Numbered from the stretch's first letter, positions 1 through 12,857 are shown. The stretch is DNA of 64,000 bases from Negaprion brevirostris (GCA_030324005.1 JARDVH010000140.1:20681956-20745955), one strand, 5' to 3'. The notes: generated by a model not told the origin, from the letters alone. Translations and numbers: made by a program.

Positions 1-274
1 CCTGATGTGGGACTGTTTTAGCGCTGTCTGAGATGTAGTTATTTGTACTTTGGCGTGTGTGTGTGTGGATACTACAGTCTGTTTAAGCTTTTCCATTCAT
101 TCCTCTCCTCCTGTGGCCCACACTCCCTGGGTTTGCTGTACTGCAGACCTCAGTACCATAGGGATGTGGAGAACACGTGGGCTTGACTACCATGGAGATG
201 AGAGGGATTTGCATGCTTTTTTACCACGAGCGCATATGGACCTCATTACAATGGCAATAAGGGCCTTGTTATCA

Positions 275-393
275 TGGGGTTTAGCACGGTAAATGTATGT
301 GTTACAGGAATAGGGCCTGGGTGGGATGTGGTTGGTACAGACTTGATGGGCCGAATGGCCTCCTTCTGTACTGTAGGGGTTCCATGATTCTAT
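275..393 (+). mobile_element. 3' fragment of HE1-type SINE (CR1-derived tail)
   Basis: ...gatgggccgaatggcctccttctgtactgtaggggttccatgattcta matches the tails of the full copies at 7749 and 15821. Confidence 0.7.
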
Positions 394-574
394 AACTATC
401 CTGGTGACAATTTAGACTGCTTGATTCATACTTGCTATGGATTTAATGGATTTAATCAAAGCTGGCCCCACCTAGATGGCTTCAAGCTCAACTCTTTCAA
501 ACTGCCCAGTGACACCTCATAGTAAATCAGGGCTAATCTTGACAGCTTACACAACCATAGTTTGATGATCAACC

Positions 575-650
575 CTGATCGTAATGAATGGCAGAGCAGG
601 CTCGAAAGGCCAATGGCCTCCTCCTGCTCCCATCTTCTATGTTTCTATAC
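575..650 (+). mobile_element. CR1 LINE 3' tail
   Basis: tgatc...gaatggcagagcaggctcga...ggcctcctcctgctcc...ctatgtttctat; the same tail recurs at 8350, 32000 and 42330. Confidence 0.65.
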
Positions 651-1210
651 ATGGAACCTTCTTCCTCTTGTTCAGTTTTTTACATTGACTGCTTATATTC
701 GATCACTCCTTCACCACTGCAGAAAATGCCTCAACCTTTAACTTCCATTCTGTCCATCAGTTTCTGCTGCAGCTTTAAAATTTTGTCTTGGATGTTCTCT
801 CATGTTAGAATTGTCAACTCTATTTCCAGAATTCCCATCTCCAACCTGTCCATCAATCAAACATACTTTTCTCACATTTCCAGACACACAGTGGGCAGCA
901 GAAACAGCAGAGGTAAATCCATCCTATCTCAAGGCTAATGAAAGGCCCACTTCTGCTGCAATCTTCCTGCTGTCAGAATTGGAAGACATTGTTTTGAAGA
1001 ACTTGCGTCCAGCACTGGAACTGTTGGTTGCAATTTGTCCTGTGCATATTTACTGTCATTGCTGACATCGTTGCTGGCTATTGCCCTGTTGGCCCAGTAT
1101 GAAAAATCTCTCAGTAAACTAACAAATTAATGATCCATTGATATCCTGCCACTGCATGTGAAAATCCAGCTCTGAGGAATCTGCTAGCTTGGCCTTTCTC
1201 TACGTACCCC

Positions 1211-2109
1211 TGTTGTGTCTGCCACACAGTCTGTTTTAATCCTTATATGGTGGACAAATAACTGCAAGTAGGTGTCTTGCTAGGACAACCAATATTTACT
1301 TAAATCCACACAATCAATAATCACCCAACCAACAATAAGTTATCTTACAGGAAATACTTGAATTCAAGTCCAATACAAGTTCTTGACTTAACTTTGCGTG
1401 ACTGGCAAGTACCCAGGCAGATATTGGCCTTTATCAGTGCGTCCGTCTTGGTCATTCTCTGCGTAGACTGGTCCTTTGGTCTGGTCTGGCACTCTGGCTC
1501 TGCTCTTCCTTCCTTCTCGGGTGTGGTGGCTCTCCTCGTGCTGGTCATCACTGGTGATGTTCACCACTGTTGTAGCTCATTTGTGGGGTCAGAGAGAGAG
1601 AGAGATTCTTGGTTGTGCAGCATCCTTTATACCCCATTGGATTTCATACCTGTTTTGGCCATTGCCAATCAATCAATCAGGACTTGATCACCCTGATCAA
1701 TAAGAGTCCAATCAGGTGCTGCCACATCGATCTCTGGGTGTGTACCCAACAGCCATGCCTGTAGGTGCTGGAGGCACATAGAGTTCACACCTTTCCCCCC
1801 AGACAAGAGGACACAGCACCCTCATGTCAGGTAACTAACTCAGTGTGACCAGAAATTCTCTTTCATCCTGGAGATGACCCATATCGTGTTTATTCACTCG
1901 TGAGGGTTGCAGCCTGTTTGTCTTTAGGTTGCAGCCTGTCATTTTAGTTTTGCCCAATTGTCCCAGAGTGCTTTGCAAATTGGCAAATTTTAGACGGCCT
2001 GTTTGGCCACCCCCTTGCAAGTGGTTGCATTTAACAAAGTGAACATGCAGAGGTCCCAATGCAACTGAATAAGTGGGTATAGCCACCCAGTTCAGGGGCT
2101 GTACCAACA
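1211..2109 (-). mobile_element. Probable solo LTR (ERV/Gypsy)
   Basis: Termini TGTTG...CAACA. Minus-strand TATAAAGG (about 1624-1631) with CCAAT boxes nearby and an AGTAAA poly(A)-like signal at about 1295. No clean TSD. Confidence 0.5.
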
Positions 2110-3149
2110 CTCAGACCTCAGTGCTGCAGCTCTCAGGTAATCCCTCTTCCTCCAGAAGTGCTCTCAGCTCAGCATGTGGCATCCAGCCTTATTTCAGCCC
2201 AAGATTTATCCATCCCTCAAGGAGATCTGGCCCTATAAAATGTTGCCATGCAGTGACAACACAGGACACATTGACACTTGCACAGCAACAGGTAGGCCAA
2301 CAAGCCTGTACATGGAGAACACATCACTGGCAAGCAGAGCAGCAAACACCATCCCCTTGCTTTCATGGCATTGTGCCAAGCTAATGACGCACACAACACA
2401 CTTACTGTAATTTGTCTGTTCAGAAACCAGGATGACAGGACACGGAAACAGACAGGAGATCTGAGAAAAATCCATGATCTTCCCACAGTAGTGACAGCAG
2501 AGACATTCTCTACCCTGCAGACTGAACGGCAAGAATGCATGGAGTCAGATTGCAAAGCTGATAAGTTTCTCGTAGGAATATTGATGATCCCGTGTGCAGT
2601 GCAGCAAGAGATTCAATGAACTGTTGTTTTCAGGTAGGATGAGTGAGAGTTCCAGCTACTCAGTGAGCCCCTTGTATTGCAAGATGCTAAACATCTGGGG
2701 GGGCACAGCACATTCTGCTCTTCAACTTTTAAGGAGTTTGTGCCCAGGTCATTGGCACATTGCCCAGCACTTATGGGTACAGGAGGTGATGCTGTTTCAA
2801 AGCAAATGGAGTCATAGAGTACTAAAGTTGTGCAGAAAAGGCCCTTCAACCAATTGAGTCTGCACTGACAATGATTACCATAAAAGGCATGCTAGCCCCA
2901 TTTTCCAGTGCTAGTCCCTTACCTTTGAGTGTTATGATGTTTCAAATGTTNNNNNNNNNNNNNNNNNNNNNNNNNNNNNNNNNNNNNNNNNNNNNNNNNN
3001 NNNNNNNNNNNNNNNNNNNNNNNNNNNNNNNNNNNNNNNNNNNNNNNNNNTTTGTTATTTTTCCATGTAACTCCGTTAATTTACTGAACTGTTCCTCTAT
3101 GCCCCCTTTCAAATTATTTTTCAAACTACTTTTCCAAAACTTCAGTTAA

Positions 3150-4370
3150 CCAGTCAAAGCAGGCACATGAATTGACACTTATTCTCTGGTTTCTCATGGC
3201 TGTGAAGAAATTAGATTTCCAGGACAAAGGTAGAGAGATGCAAATTTTAAACACAGTGCAAACCTCATCGGTCAGGTGTGCAGAAAAATGGCAAATTCAG
3301 GGAGAAATGCATTTAGCAGGGACAGAGATGGCCAAGGAGTGCACGATAAATGATGGGTTTCTAAGAGGTGTCAAGGAACAGGGGCTTTCGAGTACAGGCC
3401 TACAGATTCCGAAGGGAGCAGGACAGGTAAACCACCGCCTTCTCCAAGGTCAATTGAAGCAGGGCAACAAATGAAATGCATGTCCTATGAAAGAATCAAT
3501 CTTTTAAAACAAAACATATATTGGATATTTTTCTTTTATTGTGAGGCAAATAAAAGCAGGGAGGTTATGCTCGAGTTGTCTAAAATACCATTTAGACCAC
3601 ACTTGGCACATTGCCTACAGTTCTGGTCAGTGCACGACAGGAAGGATGTGATGATCGCACGAGCGGATACAAAATAAATTTGAGGTCGTTGCCGGGAATG
3701 GAATATTGTGCCGATGAGGACATAATGGAGAGGCTGAGGAAATTTAATTGAGGTGTATAAAATTGAGGGGTCAGGATAGATTTCTAAAGCCAACATTACG
3801 CCAACGCTGCAACGAAGTTGCTGTGAAACTCCCCTAGTCATCACACTCTCTGGCACCTGTTCAGATATTCTGACAGCGAATTTAGCATACCCAATGCACT
3901 TAACCACATCTTTTGGACAGAGGAAACCAGAGCATCCAGAGGAAACCCATGCAGATGGGAAGAACGTGCAAACTCCACACAGATGGTGACCAGAACTGGG
4001 AATTGAACCCAGGTCCCTGGCGCTGTGAGGCAGCAGTGCTAACCACTGTGCCACCATACTGAGTGTACAAGAAAGAACTATTTCCACTGCTGAGAGGTCA
4101 ATAACCACAGATTTAAGATATTTAGTAGAAGGATGAGGAGGTTGTTGAGTAATATTTTCACTCTAAGGGTGATGGAAGCCTCGAACTCGCAGTCAGAAAA
4201 GGTAGTAGAGGCAGAAGCCCTTTATTACTATTTTGAAAAAGCACCCACACTTGAAGTACCTACAGGATTACAGACCCAGAACTGGAAGGTGCGAGTATGC
4301 TGGATAGCTCTATTTTGGACAGTGTGATAACAATGGGCAGAGTGGCCTTCTGTACTGTAAATCTTTATGT
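3150..4370 (+). mobile_element. Degraded CR1 LINE 3' portion, interrupted by a SINE at 3793-4057
   Basis: Translates to KSREVMLEL...RPHLAHCLQFWS..RKDV and NIFTLRVM...NS, the typical CR1 ORF2 C-terminus, followed by a CR1 tail. Confidence 0.7.
3793..4057 (-). mobile_element. tRNA-derived HE1/V-SINE, alternative-tail subfamily
   Basis: Minus strand reads GGTGGCACAGTGGTTAGCACTGCTGCCTCACAGCGCCAGGGACCTGGGTTCAATTCC (A/B boxes), then the V-domain. The tail is shared with the copies at 55474 and 58498. Confidence 0.85.
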
Positions 4371-4592
4371 TGCTATCAATGTGTGGTTTCAGCTACAAAC
4401 CAATCAATATTATTGCAGGGCAACTTTGCCAAGGTCCCATATACTGGTCATCAGCTAAGTCAAGAGACCAGAGAATGGTCCAAGGCAACTGAGAAAAATT
4501 GCTGAAGTTTGAAGGGAAGGAAAAATTTTCTGCCCCAAAAAGTACATTTAAATAAAAATGGCACACATTCAGAACTTCCTTTATTTATGCAG

Positions 4593-4689
4593 CACAAAAA
4601 GGACAATGGCAGAGTGGCTTCTTTGACTATGGATCCTTCATGGAGATCATGCAGCCCTGGGCACAGACGGTGGTGGTGGGAAGAGCCAG
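4593..4689 (+). CDS. ACACA: ACACA coding exon (CT domain): [32 protein letters not shown](R)
   Basis: Manual translation matches the ACC1 CT-domain motif [26 protein letters not shown]. Acceptor is ttatgcAG and donor is GTaaat. 97 nt; ends in AG, which is completed by the A of the next exon. Confidence 0.95.
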
Positions 4690-5199
4690 GTAAATGATTG
4701 GTTACTATTTCTTTTCTTCATTCATTTTTTTTCCCCCTCCTTCAGGATAATCAAGAAAATTGGTAAGACCCACTGAGGGAATAATGCCCGTTATCTTTTT
4801 TGATTGTACNNNNNNNNNNTGTAGTGGGGTGCTGTGTAATGTGAACCTGCTCCCAGGAGTGTGTATTTGAAAACTGAAATTAAAACTGTACAATTGCATC
4901 TTTCAGAAAATAAAAATACTGCAGATTCTGGAAATTTTCTTCCATACCAGTAAGATATGACTCAGTTTCAACATAGCCTGTTCTTCTCCTGCCTTGATCT
5001 TGCTTCAGTGAGATTCAAACACATTAGGGGAGTTTTGTGGTATACACCACAATAGCAAGGCTGAATCTTCAGAGTCGTTTCATATGGAATCTTTATAATC
5101 AGCAAAAATCAATTTCATCCCAACTCAAGTTTGAACCTAGATGAATGAGATTTGTTGGAAAAGAAATTTTAGTGGTGGAATTAAGACACATGGTGCAGT

Positions 5200-6114
5200 A
5201 AAAAGTATGGAAGGAACTACTAAAGAAGTGGAAATAATCAAGGTTCAAAGAAGATAAAGAACAGTACCAAAAAGCAAAACCAATGCAAAGAAAGTGATTG
5301 GTAGAGAAAAATCTCTGGCTGTGGGAAAAAATATACCAAAGAGAGACAAAAAGATATTTTCAGAATAACAGTTGCCAGAGAGAGGTTAACGCAATCTAAG
5401 AAATGTATGTACAATCAAGGATGCAGATGGTGTAACCTTAGTGCAAGAGCATGAAACTCAAAAGAAGTGGGACCAATACTTTTAATTAGCTTAGAAATGA
5501 ATAACAAAGTCAGAAGAAGCTGTTGCAAATCAAGGAATGACATTTAGCATCAGTCTGGAAGATATCCGAACAGCACTGAAACAAATGGAAAAACAGCAAA
5601 ATATTAGGACTGGATGAAATACCAACAAGAGCATGAACCTGCCTCATTGACTATGGGGTCCAGGTTGTGAGCAAGCTAATCATACATTTCTCATGAGAGA
5701 GCAAAATCCCAATAGCATCGAGACAAACCATTTGGATGCTATTATTCACAGCAAAGGGAGACATTCAAGATTGCAAGAACTTCCGGGGAGTTCACCCCCA
5801 ACCGCCCCCACACCTCCGTGTATCTTCAATACATGAGAGAGGGTCAGAGACCAGATATTGAAGGAAAATATGGATATACGTGAAGGCCTATTCAGATTCA
5901 TGTCCGGAAAAAGAACCACATATGCCATTTTTTATTTTGAGACAGGTGGTGGAGAAATATTGGGAAGTACAATGCAACATGAAGAATATATTCATCGATT
6001 TAGAGAAGGCCACTGAACAGGTGCCTCAAGTAAGTCTGGAGATGTGCCAGATTTGGAGTCCTGGAAGTATGTACAACTTTACAGGACATGCACAGGAGTA
6101 CCAGGCAGACAGTA
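5200..6114 (+). mobile_element. RTE-clade LINE reverse transcriptase fragment (decayed)
   Basis: Frameshifted motifs KDADG...KKWDQYF, GLDEIP, KGDIQDCKNFRG, FMSGKRTT.AIF, ILRQVVEKYWE...IFIDLEKA; runs into an N gap. Confidence 0.8.
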
Positions 6115-6902
6115 NNNNNNNNNNNNNNNNNNNNNNNNNNNNNNNNNNNNNNNNNNNNNNNNNNNNNNNNNNNNNNNNNNNNNNNNNNNNNNNNNNNNNN
6201 NNNNNNNNNNNNNNNNNNNNNNNNNNNNNNNNNNNNNNNNNNNNNNNNNNNNNNNNNNNNNNNNNNNNNNNNNNNNNNNNNNNNNNNNNNNNNNNNNNNN
6301 NNNNNNNNNNNNNNNNNNNNNNNNNNNNNNNNNNNNNNNNNNNNNNNNNNNNNNNNNNNNNNNNNNNNNNNNNNNNNNNNNNNNNNNNNNNNNNNNNNNN
6401 NNNNNNNNNNNNNNNNNNNNNNNNNNNNNNNNNNNNNNNNNNNNNNNNNNNNNNNNNNNNNNNNNNNNNNNNNNNNNNNNNNNNNNNNNNNNNNNNNNNN
6501 NNNNNNNNNNNNNNNNNNNNNNNNNNNNNNNNNNNNNNNNNNNNNNNNNNNNNNNNNNNNNNNNNNNNNNNNNNNNNNNNNNNNNNNNNNNNNNNNNNNN
6601 NNNNNNNNNNNNNNNNNNNNNNNNNNNNNNNNNNNNNNNNNNNNNNNNNNNNNNNNNNNNNNNNNNNNNNNNNNNNNNNNNNNNNNNNNNNNNNNNNNNN
6701 NNNNNNNNNNNNNNNNNNNNNNNNNNNNNNNNNNNNNNNNNNNNNNNNNNNNNNNNNNNNNNNNNNNNNNNNNNNNNNNNNNNNNNNNNNNNNNNNNNNN
6801 NNNNNNNNNNNNNNNNNNNNNNNNNNNNNNNNNNNNNNNNNNNNNNNNNNNNNNNNNNNNNNNNNNNNNNNNNNNNNNNNNNNNNNNNNNNNNNNNNNNN
6901 NN

Positions 6903-7612
6903 CCCTAGAGCTGTATCTAATTTCTTCTTGAAATCCGACAACCTTTTGGCCTTAAATACTTTGTGTGGTAGTGAATTCCAGACATTCACCACCCTCTGGG
7001 TGAAGAAATTTCTCCTCACCTCAGTTCTAAAAGGTTCACAATTTATCCTCAAACTATGACCTCTACTTCTGAACTCCCTCACCATGGGGAACATTCTTTC
7101 TGAATCACTGTTAGAATTTTATAGGTTTCTATGAGATCCCCACTTGCTCTTCTAAACTCCAGTGACTAGAATCCTAACCGATTTAGACTCTTCTCATGTG
7201 ACACATCTGCCATCCCAGGAATCAGCCTGGTAAACCTTCAGTGTACTCCCTCTGTAACAAGAACATCCTTCCTCTGATAAGGACACCAAAACTGCACACA
7301 CTTCTCCAGATGTGGCCTCACCAATAAACTATACAATTGCAGCAAAACATCTCTATTCCTGTACTGAAATCCTCTCGCTCTGAAGGCTAACATACCATTT
7401 GCCTTCTTTACCGTGGGCTGTACTGCACACTTGCTTTCAGCAACTGATGCACAAGGACTCCAAGGTCTCACTGAGTATCCATCTCTCTCAATTTATACCC
7501 ATTCAAGTAATAATCTGTTTTATTACTGCTGCCAAAGTGGATAACCTCACATTTTATCCATATTATACTGCATCTGCCATGTGTATGCCCACACACTCAG
7601 CCTGTCCAAATC
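6903..7612 (-). mobile_element. CR1 (HER1-like) LINE ORF2 C-terminal fragment
   Basis: ORF track: KKANGMLAF...LLQLYSLLVRPHLEKCVQFWCPYQRKD and SRGHSLRI...RRNFFTQRVVNVWNSLP. Confidence 0.9.
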
Positions 7613-7748
7613 ACATTTTCATCCATTTCAACTACATTTTCAGATCATAACTTGCTGAATAAAATAAATTCCCTCCATAGCTCCCCTTGACTTTTTTTTT
7701 GCCAGCTATCTTAAATCTTTGCCCTTTCCTTAGTGATTTCCAACAGTA

Positions 7749-8062
7749 CGGCACGGTGGTACCTCACAGTGCCAGAGACTCTGATTTGATTCCAGTCTTG
7801 GGTTACTGTGTGGAGTCTGCACGTTTTCTCTGTGTCTGCGTAGGTTTCCTCCCACAGTCCAAAGGTATGCAGGTTAGGTGGATTGGCCATGCTATATTGC
7901 CTCTTAGTGTCCAAGGTTGTGTGGGTTAGGGGGATTAGTATGATCAATGTGTGGAGGTTAGGGTGGAGGGGTGGGGCAAGATAAGATGCTGTGTCGGAGA
8001 GTAGTTGCAGACTTAATGGGTCACATAGCCTCCTTCTGCAATGTAGAGATTCTATGATTCTA
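7749..8062 (+). mobile_element. HE1/V-SINE with CR1-type tail
   Basis: tRNA-like head, V-domain (tgtgtggagt...gtttcctcccacagtccaaa), tail ending gattctatgattcta. Confidence 0.85.
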
Positions 8063-8089
8063 ACAAACGGTAAAAGATTTCCCACACCT

Positions 8090-8423
8090 ACTCGATTATT
8101 GCCTACTCAAGAGGTTATTGCAGAAGGTAAGGGGGCATGGAGTTGGGGGTACGGTGTTAGCGTGGATAGAGCATTGGCTGTCAAATAGGAGGCAGAGAGT
8201 GGGGGTTAATGGGTGCTATTCGGATTGGCGGTTGGTGACTAGTGGAGTGNNNNNNNNNNNNNNNNNNNNNNNNNNNNNNNNNNNNNNNNNNNNNNNNNNN
8301 NNNNNNNNNNNNNNNNNNNNNNNNNNNNNNNNNNNNNNNNNNNNNNNNNCATGATCTTATTGAATGGTGGGGCAGGCTCGAAGGGCTAGATGGCCTACTC
8401 CTGCTCCTATTTCTTATGTTCTT
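8090..8423 (+). mobile_element. CR1 LINE fragment (RT region and 3' tail either side of a gap)
   Basis: KVRGHGVGGTVLAWIEHWLSNRRQRVGVNG...WRLVTSGV, then a CR1 tail after the Ns. Confidence 0.85.
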
Positions 8424-10354
8424 AAAAACTCCTCGTTATTTTGCACACGTCTGTTTAATCTCCTTCAATCTTCTGTGCTCAAAGGAGAGTAATCCAAGCC
8501 ATTTTTGTCTCTCCAGATAACTGAAACTCCTTAAGATAGCAGACAAAAGGATTTTGTACACATCTGTTGATGAGTTTGTTACTAATATCACTCCTGTGTA
8601 GATGTATTCAGAATAAGGTACTGGCAAAGGCAAAATGAAAATCTGTAAATCCTTGAAATTGTAAACAGAAACTGGAAACCTACAACTGTGCAATCAGCAT
8701 CTGAAAGAGAAAGCTGGGTTAACTTACAGCCCCACCATGCTGGGGGCAGAGCTGTAAATTGTGACAAGCCATTCCAGTGCCCATTGACAAATTCAGCCCC
8801 TTGTGTTTGTGATCATTCATTAGAACTGGTTTGCCTCAGCTAGAAAAAATGGTGCTAGCCCTTCCACTGGTTGCATCTACTTGTATAGGTGACCTTCACA
8901 TACACCAGGGAGAGGTGCTCCACAGTGAACGTTGAGACTGTTGTCTCTTATGAAATGACAATGACACAGCAGGGTTCTTTCCCCATTTCATCTTAATAAA
9001 TGGATACCTCTTCATCGTCCTCTTCCCTCTGACCACACCCAGCAGCAATTAATTCTTGTCTCTTTTGGCTGACACTCTTCCAGAGGCAGTTAAATGGCTG
9101 CCCTTTGGTTTGTCATGATGAAATGATGGCAATTACTCGGATGTTTTCAATGACATAACACTCTGCGGTGCTTTGTGTCCAACACTGGCATCTCCACATC
9201 ATTAAATGGATGCGGCAGCGTTAAAACGTACAGAAGTGGGAAAAGGAACAAAACACCTTTAAGCATTTGGAACTTTTATTTTCTGCTAAGTGAGATAACT
9301 GTTGTCTGCTGTGGGGAAGCAAGGCTGATCTTAAATGCTCCATGCAATTTACGCAGTGTCCAAAGCACCTATTTGCTTCTGTGAGAGATTCAAATGCAAA
9401 GTACCAAGTATTAAGTGAAAAAAATTGAAAACAAACCGAGATGTAACCACTTGAGAGAAGTCTCTAATTTAGTTTGTAGGGAATGGGTCCTCCTGATAGC
9501 CGTGCTTTTAGTTAGTATTCATACATAATAATAATTTGCTCATGTAAGAGTTACTAAATGGTACGGACAAGTTGGGCCGAAGACCCTGTCTCCACGCTGT
9601 AAGCCTCTATGACTCCATCATGCGCCTGCTCCCAGCCTATTTTGCCATTTCTTTTTAACAATCTGGATATGTAATTATCCCGACCTTTTCAGTACTTTTA
9701 ACGTAAGTTTGCCCTAATCTGTCACAATAGAGTGGTAGAAATCAAAAGTTAGAGTTTTGCAAGTGAATGGCAAGTATCATCATAACCCATTGCAAAGGGG
9801 CTTCAACAAGTGCCATGCTGTCTTAAAGTTATTGCAGGAACAACATTAACTGATGCATTCTGTGTGTGGATTTAATGAATAGTAAATTTGCAGTAGGGAA
9901 CATCAGCTGAATAAGGCAAAAAACACTGGGGAATGCAAACTGGAGCAATCCATATCACCAGCAAGATCTCAAACAAAAAAAGTATGGTGATTTCTGCACA
10001 ACTTTCCTCAAATTTTCTCCATTTTGTCAGTCAGTCCTTGCATAGCCATATAAAGGACAGGACATAGAGCCCACACTCTCCATCCACGGTCACCACAGCA
10101 TTGTGGTCTGATCAGGGTGCCCTATAAAAGATGGTGCTCCAATCTTGGTGCAACTGGACTTGCTGCCTCTCAAGTGTCCCGCCTCACCAGATTGATGGTA
10201 TAAATTGCCAGACAATGCGGCTGAAAGTCTGAAGAGAGAACTGGTCAGTGGTGTTGGAGAGCTTCACATCAGTTTGCTTGCCAGAACTGCACTTTGCCAA
10301 AATATGGTAGGATGACCCCCCCAAAAAAAATCAGATTGTTCTGACTGAGTCATA

Positions 10355-11386
10355 GACCGGAATTTTACGAGAACAATTCTTAATGCCCAGCTATCATGAA
10401 AATGGGAGAGTTGCAGATCCCTTTCTTTTTTGGGTGTTTTTTTTCTTTTAACACCCAGTCTTGTGCGCACAGTGCATGAAAAAAATGGGCTAGACCATTT
10501 CTAGCTACTAAAATGAGTGGGCGGGGCTTAATTCGCCAGCCAGCAAACCTCTGATGCTGCACAATGTGCAAAGTAGAGGCCTGAGAGAGAGCAGTAAGAC
10601 TTGTGCTGCTGGGGCCAACAGCAGCAGAAGCCTGACGTAGTCTCTCTTCTCATCCACGCTCCCCCCACCACCACCGCCGCCTCACGGCCAATCGTGAACT
10701 CCATGCCCTACACTACCCGAAAATGTAGTCCTGCCACCTAGACTGATCGTGCTGTCCTCTCCCCTGCCCCCCCNNNNNNNNNNNNNNNNNNNNNNNNNNN
10801 NNNNNNNNNNNNNNNNNNNNNNNNNNNNNNNNNNNNNNNNNNNNNNNNNNNNNNNNNNNNNNNNNNNNNNNNNCTGACCAATCTGATGCAGAGTGCCAGG
10901 ATCCTCCCTCCCTCCCTGATTGGACCACCCCAGCATGGCCCCACCCCCCCGTAGCCCCATTGCTAAGATGCCCAGTGGGTAGTGCCATGGTGCCAGGCTG
11001 GCACTGCTCAAGGGGCACTCCCCCTCCCCCACCACCACCACCACCACCAGGGGCCTCCAGTTCTACTGGCAAGGACAACACGACTGTTCCTTGTTTATGG
11101 TGAACAGGTGTTTTCCTTGCTGGAGAGAACCTTTCCTGGCAAGGCCATAAAGGCAGACGATTGAGCACCGAGCTCACTAAACAGATGCAAATGAAAATAT
11201 AAATGAATTTGTACCATTCAGCCTCTTGCCAGAAATAGACGAGAGGCTGACCTTGCCAGAAATCCAGTTTTGGTAGATTTGCGAGAGCTGAGAAATCAGG
11301 CATCATCCTGATTTCTTGGCTCTCGCATGATTTTACCGGCTCACTCCGCACATCGATGGGTGAAACAAGCCGGTAAAATTCCACCC
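10355..11386. mobile_element. Non-autonomous TIR DNA transposon (PIF/Harbinger-like MITE)
   Basis: Imperfect TIRs gaccggaattttacg ... ggtaaaattccaccc (11/15 match) with a GC-rich non-coding interior. Family assignment is inference. Confidence 0.55.
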
Positions 11387-11399
11387 ATGGAATGTGATA

Positions 11400-12820
11400 T
11401 TAACATAATCAGCAGGCAAAGATGGGTGCTGAGTACCTAGATCAAGTATGGGATAAATGCAAGCATGCAGAATACAGCTGCAAAGGAGAGACGGACATAA
11501 AGGCAGCAACACTAGGCTTGAGAGACAGCAGTACTGCTCCTGTGATATTTCGGGATTCTTTTTTTCTCCACCATAACATTTGCTTTAAATGTATCAATGC
11601 ACATACAATTGCGATTGGGATTCTTTCCCAACTCAGTAAGGTAACTGAGCACAGCATCAAAAACCACTTCTCCTCGATCATATTATCTCTTCTTCCAATT
11701 TCTTCCCCCAAGTCTTTTGAAAGAGCTGCCTCATCCTGGATCTGTTTTCACTGGCAACACCATCCTCTTACGCCAAGCCCATGCCCAATGTTGCACTCGT
11801 CCAATGCCCACATTTGGACTTTCATCCAGGAATCACTGAACTGCAATCGGAAGTGGAGTCCTTGCTTATATCCTTTCGCCCCCTTGTTAGCCAAGTATGT
11901 CCTGACTAATTCTATAACAGCACCATCGCTACAGTTGAGATTAGCGATATCCCAAGATATGAACTTGGCATGTTCCCATTGTGAACAGATGAGTACCACA
12001 CACACTGTGCATTTACCCACCAAGCTAATGGACAAACTCAGTCAAATGTACAAGGCAGACCAGCTGCAAGTTTTATGTCCAGTTGACCTCTGTGCATGAG
12101 ACACAGCTTTGCTGAATATATATGCTGCGGTATTTATTATACATTTTTTGTCTGCATGAATAAATCTGTATGTGTATTACAAAGACTTGAATTGATTCCT
12201 GAATGCACTGTAACGAAGGATTTCTGTCCATTGTCTGGTTTGGAACATTGTTTTGAACGATTGCCAGAATCGTGTCAAATGCCTTTTTTTTACAGGATCA
12301 TTTTGGCAATTTTATGTAGAGAATATCCCGTTGCTGTCGAATGGTTTGATGTTTGCACAAAAGAAAGTGAATACATTACACATGAGTGACCAAGTCAGGA
12401 GTGCCGTGTCCAGTCAGGACCTTGAGGTGTATCAATATCCCATCACACTGGTGCCTGTGGAGAGCCTATCTCGCTCAGTAAATAACCTAGTAGCCAGAGG
12501 CTGTACTGTTCATGCAGTGACAGCGATTTGAATAAAGGCTGCACTTCTACCTGCATAAAAGGTTTTTGTGAATGCTTCTCAAATTTAAGGTATAAATGAT
12601 GGTGACTATCTTCTTCCGGGAGTACCTAAAATGCTTTAAAGTTGTGTCCTCCATTGTGGTGAGGCTATGTGGAGACTGATGTTATTGAGTTACAGAATCA
12701 CTTTTTTATTGCATTAATTTTTCTTCCCTCTGTTCCTGCTCTTGTAGCCTGTCACCTGTATACACCTTCATTATTCTTCATTAACCAGCTTTTTGCCATC
12801 TGTATTACAGAATTGTTTTA
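11400..12820 (-). mobile_element. Decayed hAT-family transposase
   Basis: Minus-strand frames give TGTSVMG (DGASVMxG-like), PDLVTH/CVMYSLSFCAN (CxxH region), KKRHLTRFWQSF...QTRQW (KR...TRW) and MLWWRKKE..ITGAVLLSLKPSVAA (C-terminal dimerisation-like). One frame has only about 7 stops in about 400 codons. Confidence 0.55.
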
Positions 12821-12857
12821 ATAGAAATTCTGCAGTAATATAATACCTTGTTTTACA

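Noticed and set aside
3990-4057. tRNA-like A/B-box sequences (also near 7750, 15830, 39760, 46720, 55680)
   Set aside because: These are SINE heads continuing into the V-domain, not tRNA genes.
3536-4108. 190-aa minus-strand ORF
   Set aside because: Chance read-through of a SINE plus antisense CR1 sequence.
5880-7094. Long 295-364 aa ORFs in the ORF track
   Set aside because: Artefacts of translating through a roughly 790-N gap; the real flanks are RTE and CR1 fragments.
11422-12099. 225-aa plus-strand ORF as a novel nested gene
   Set aside because: No recognisable motifs; better explained as an antisense shadow of the minus-strand hAT transposase fossil.
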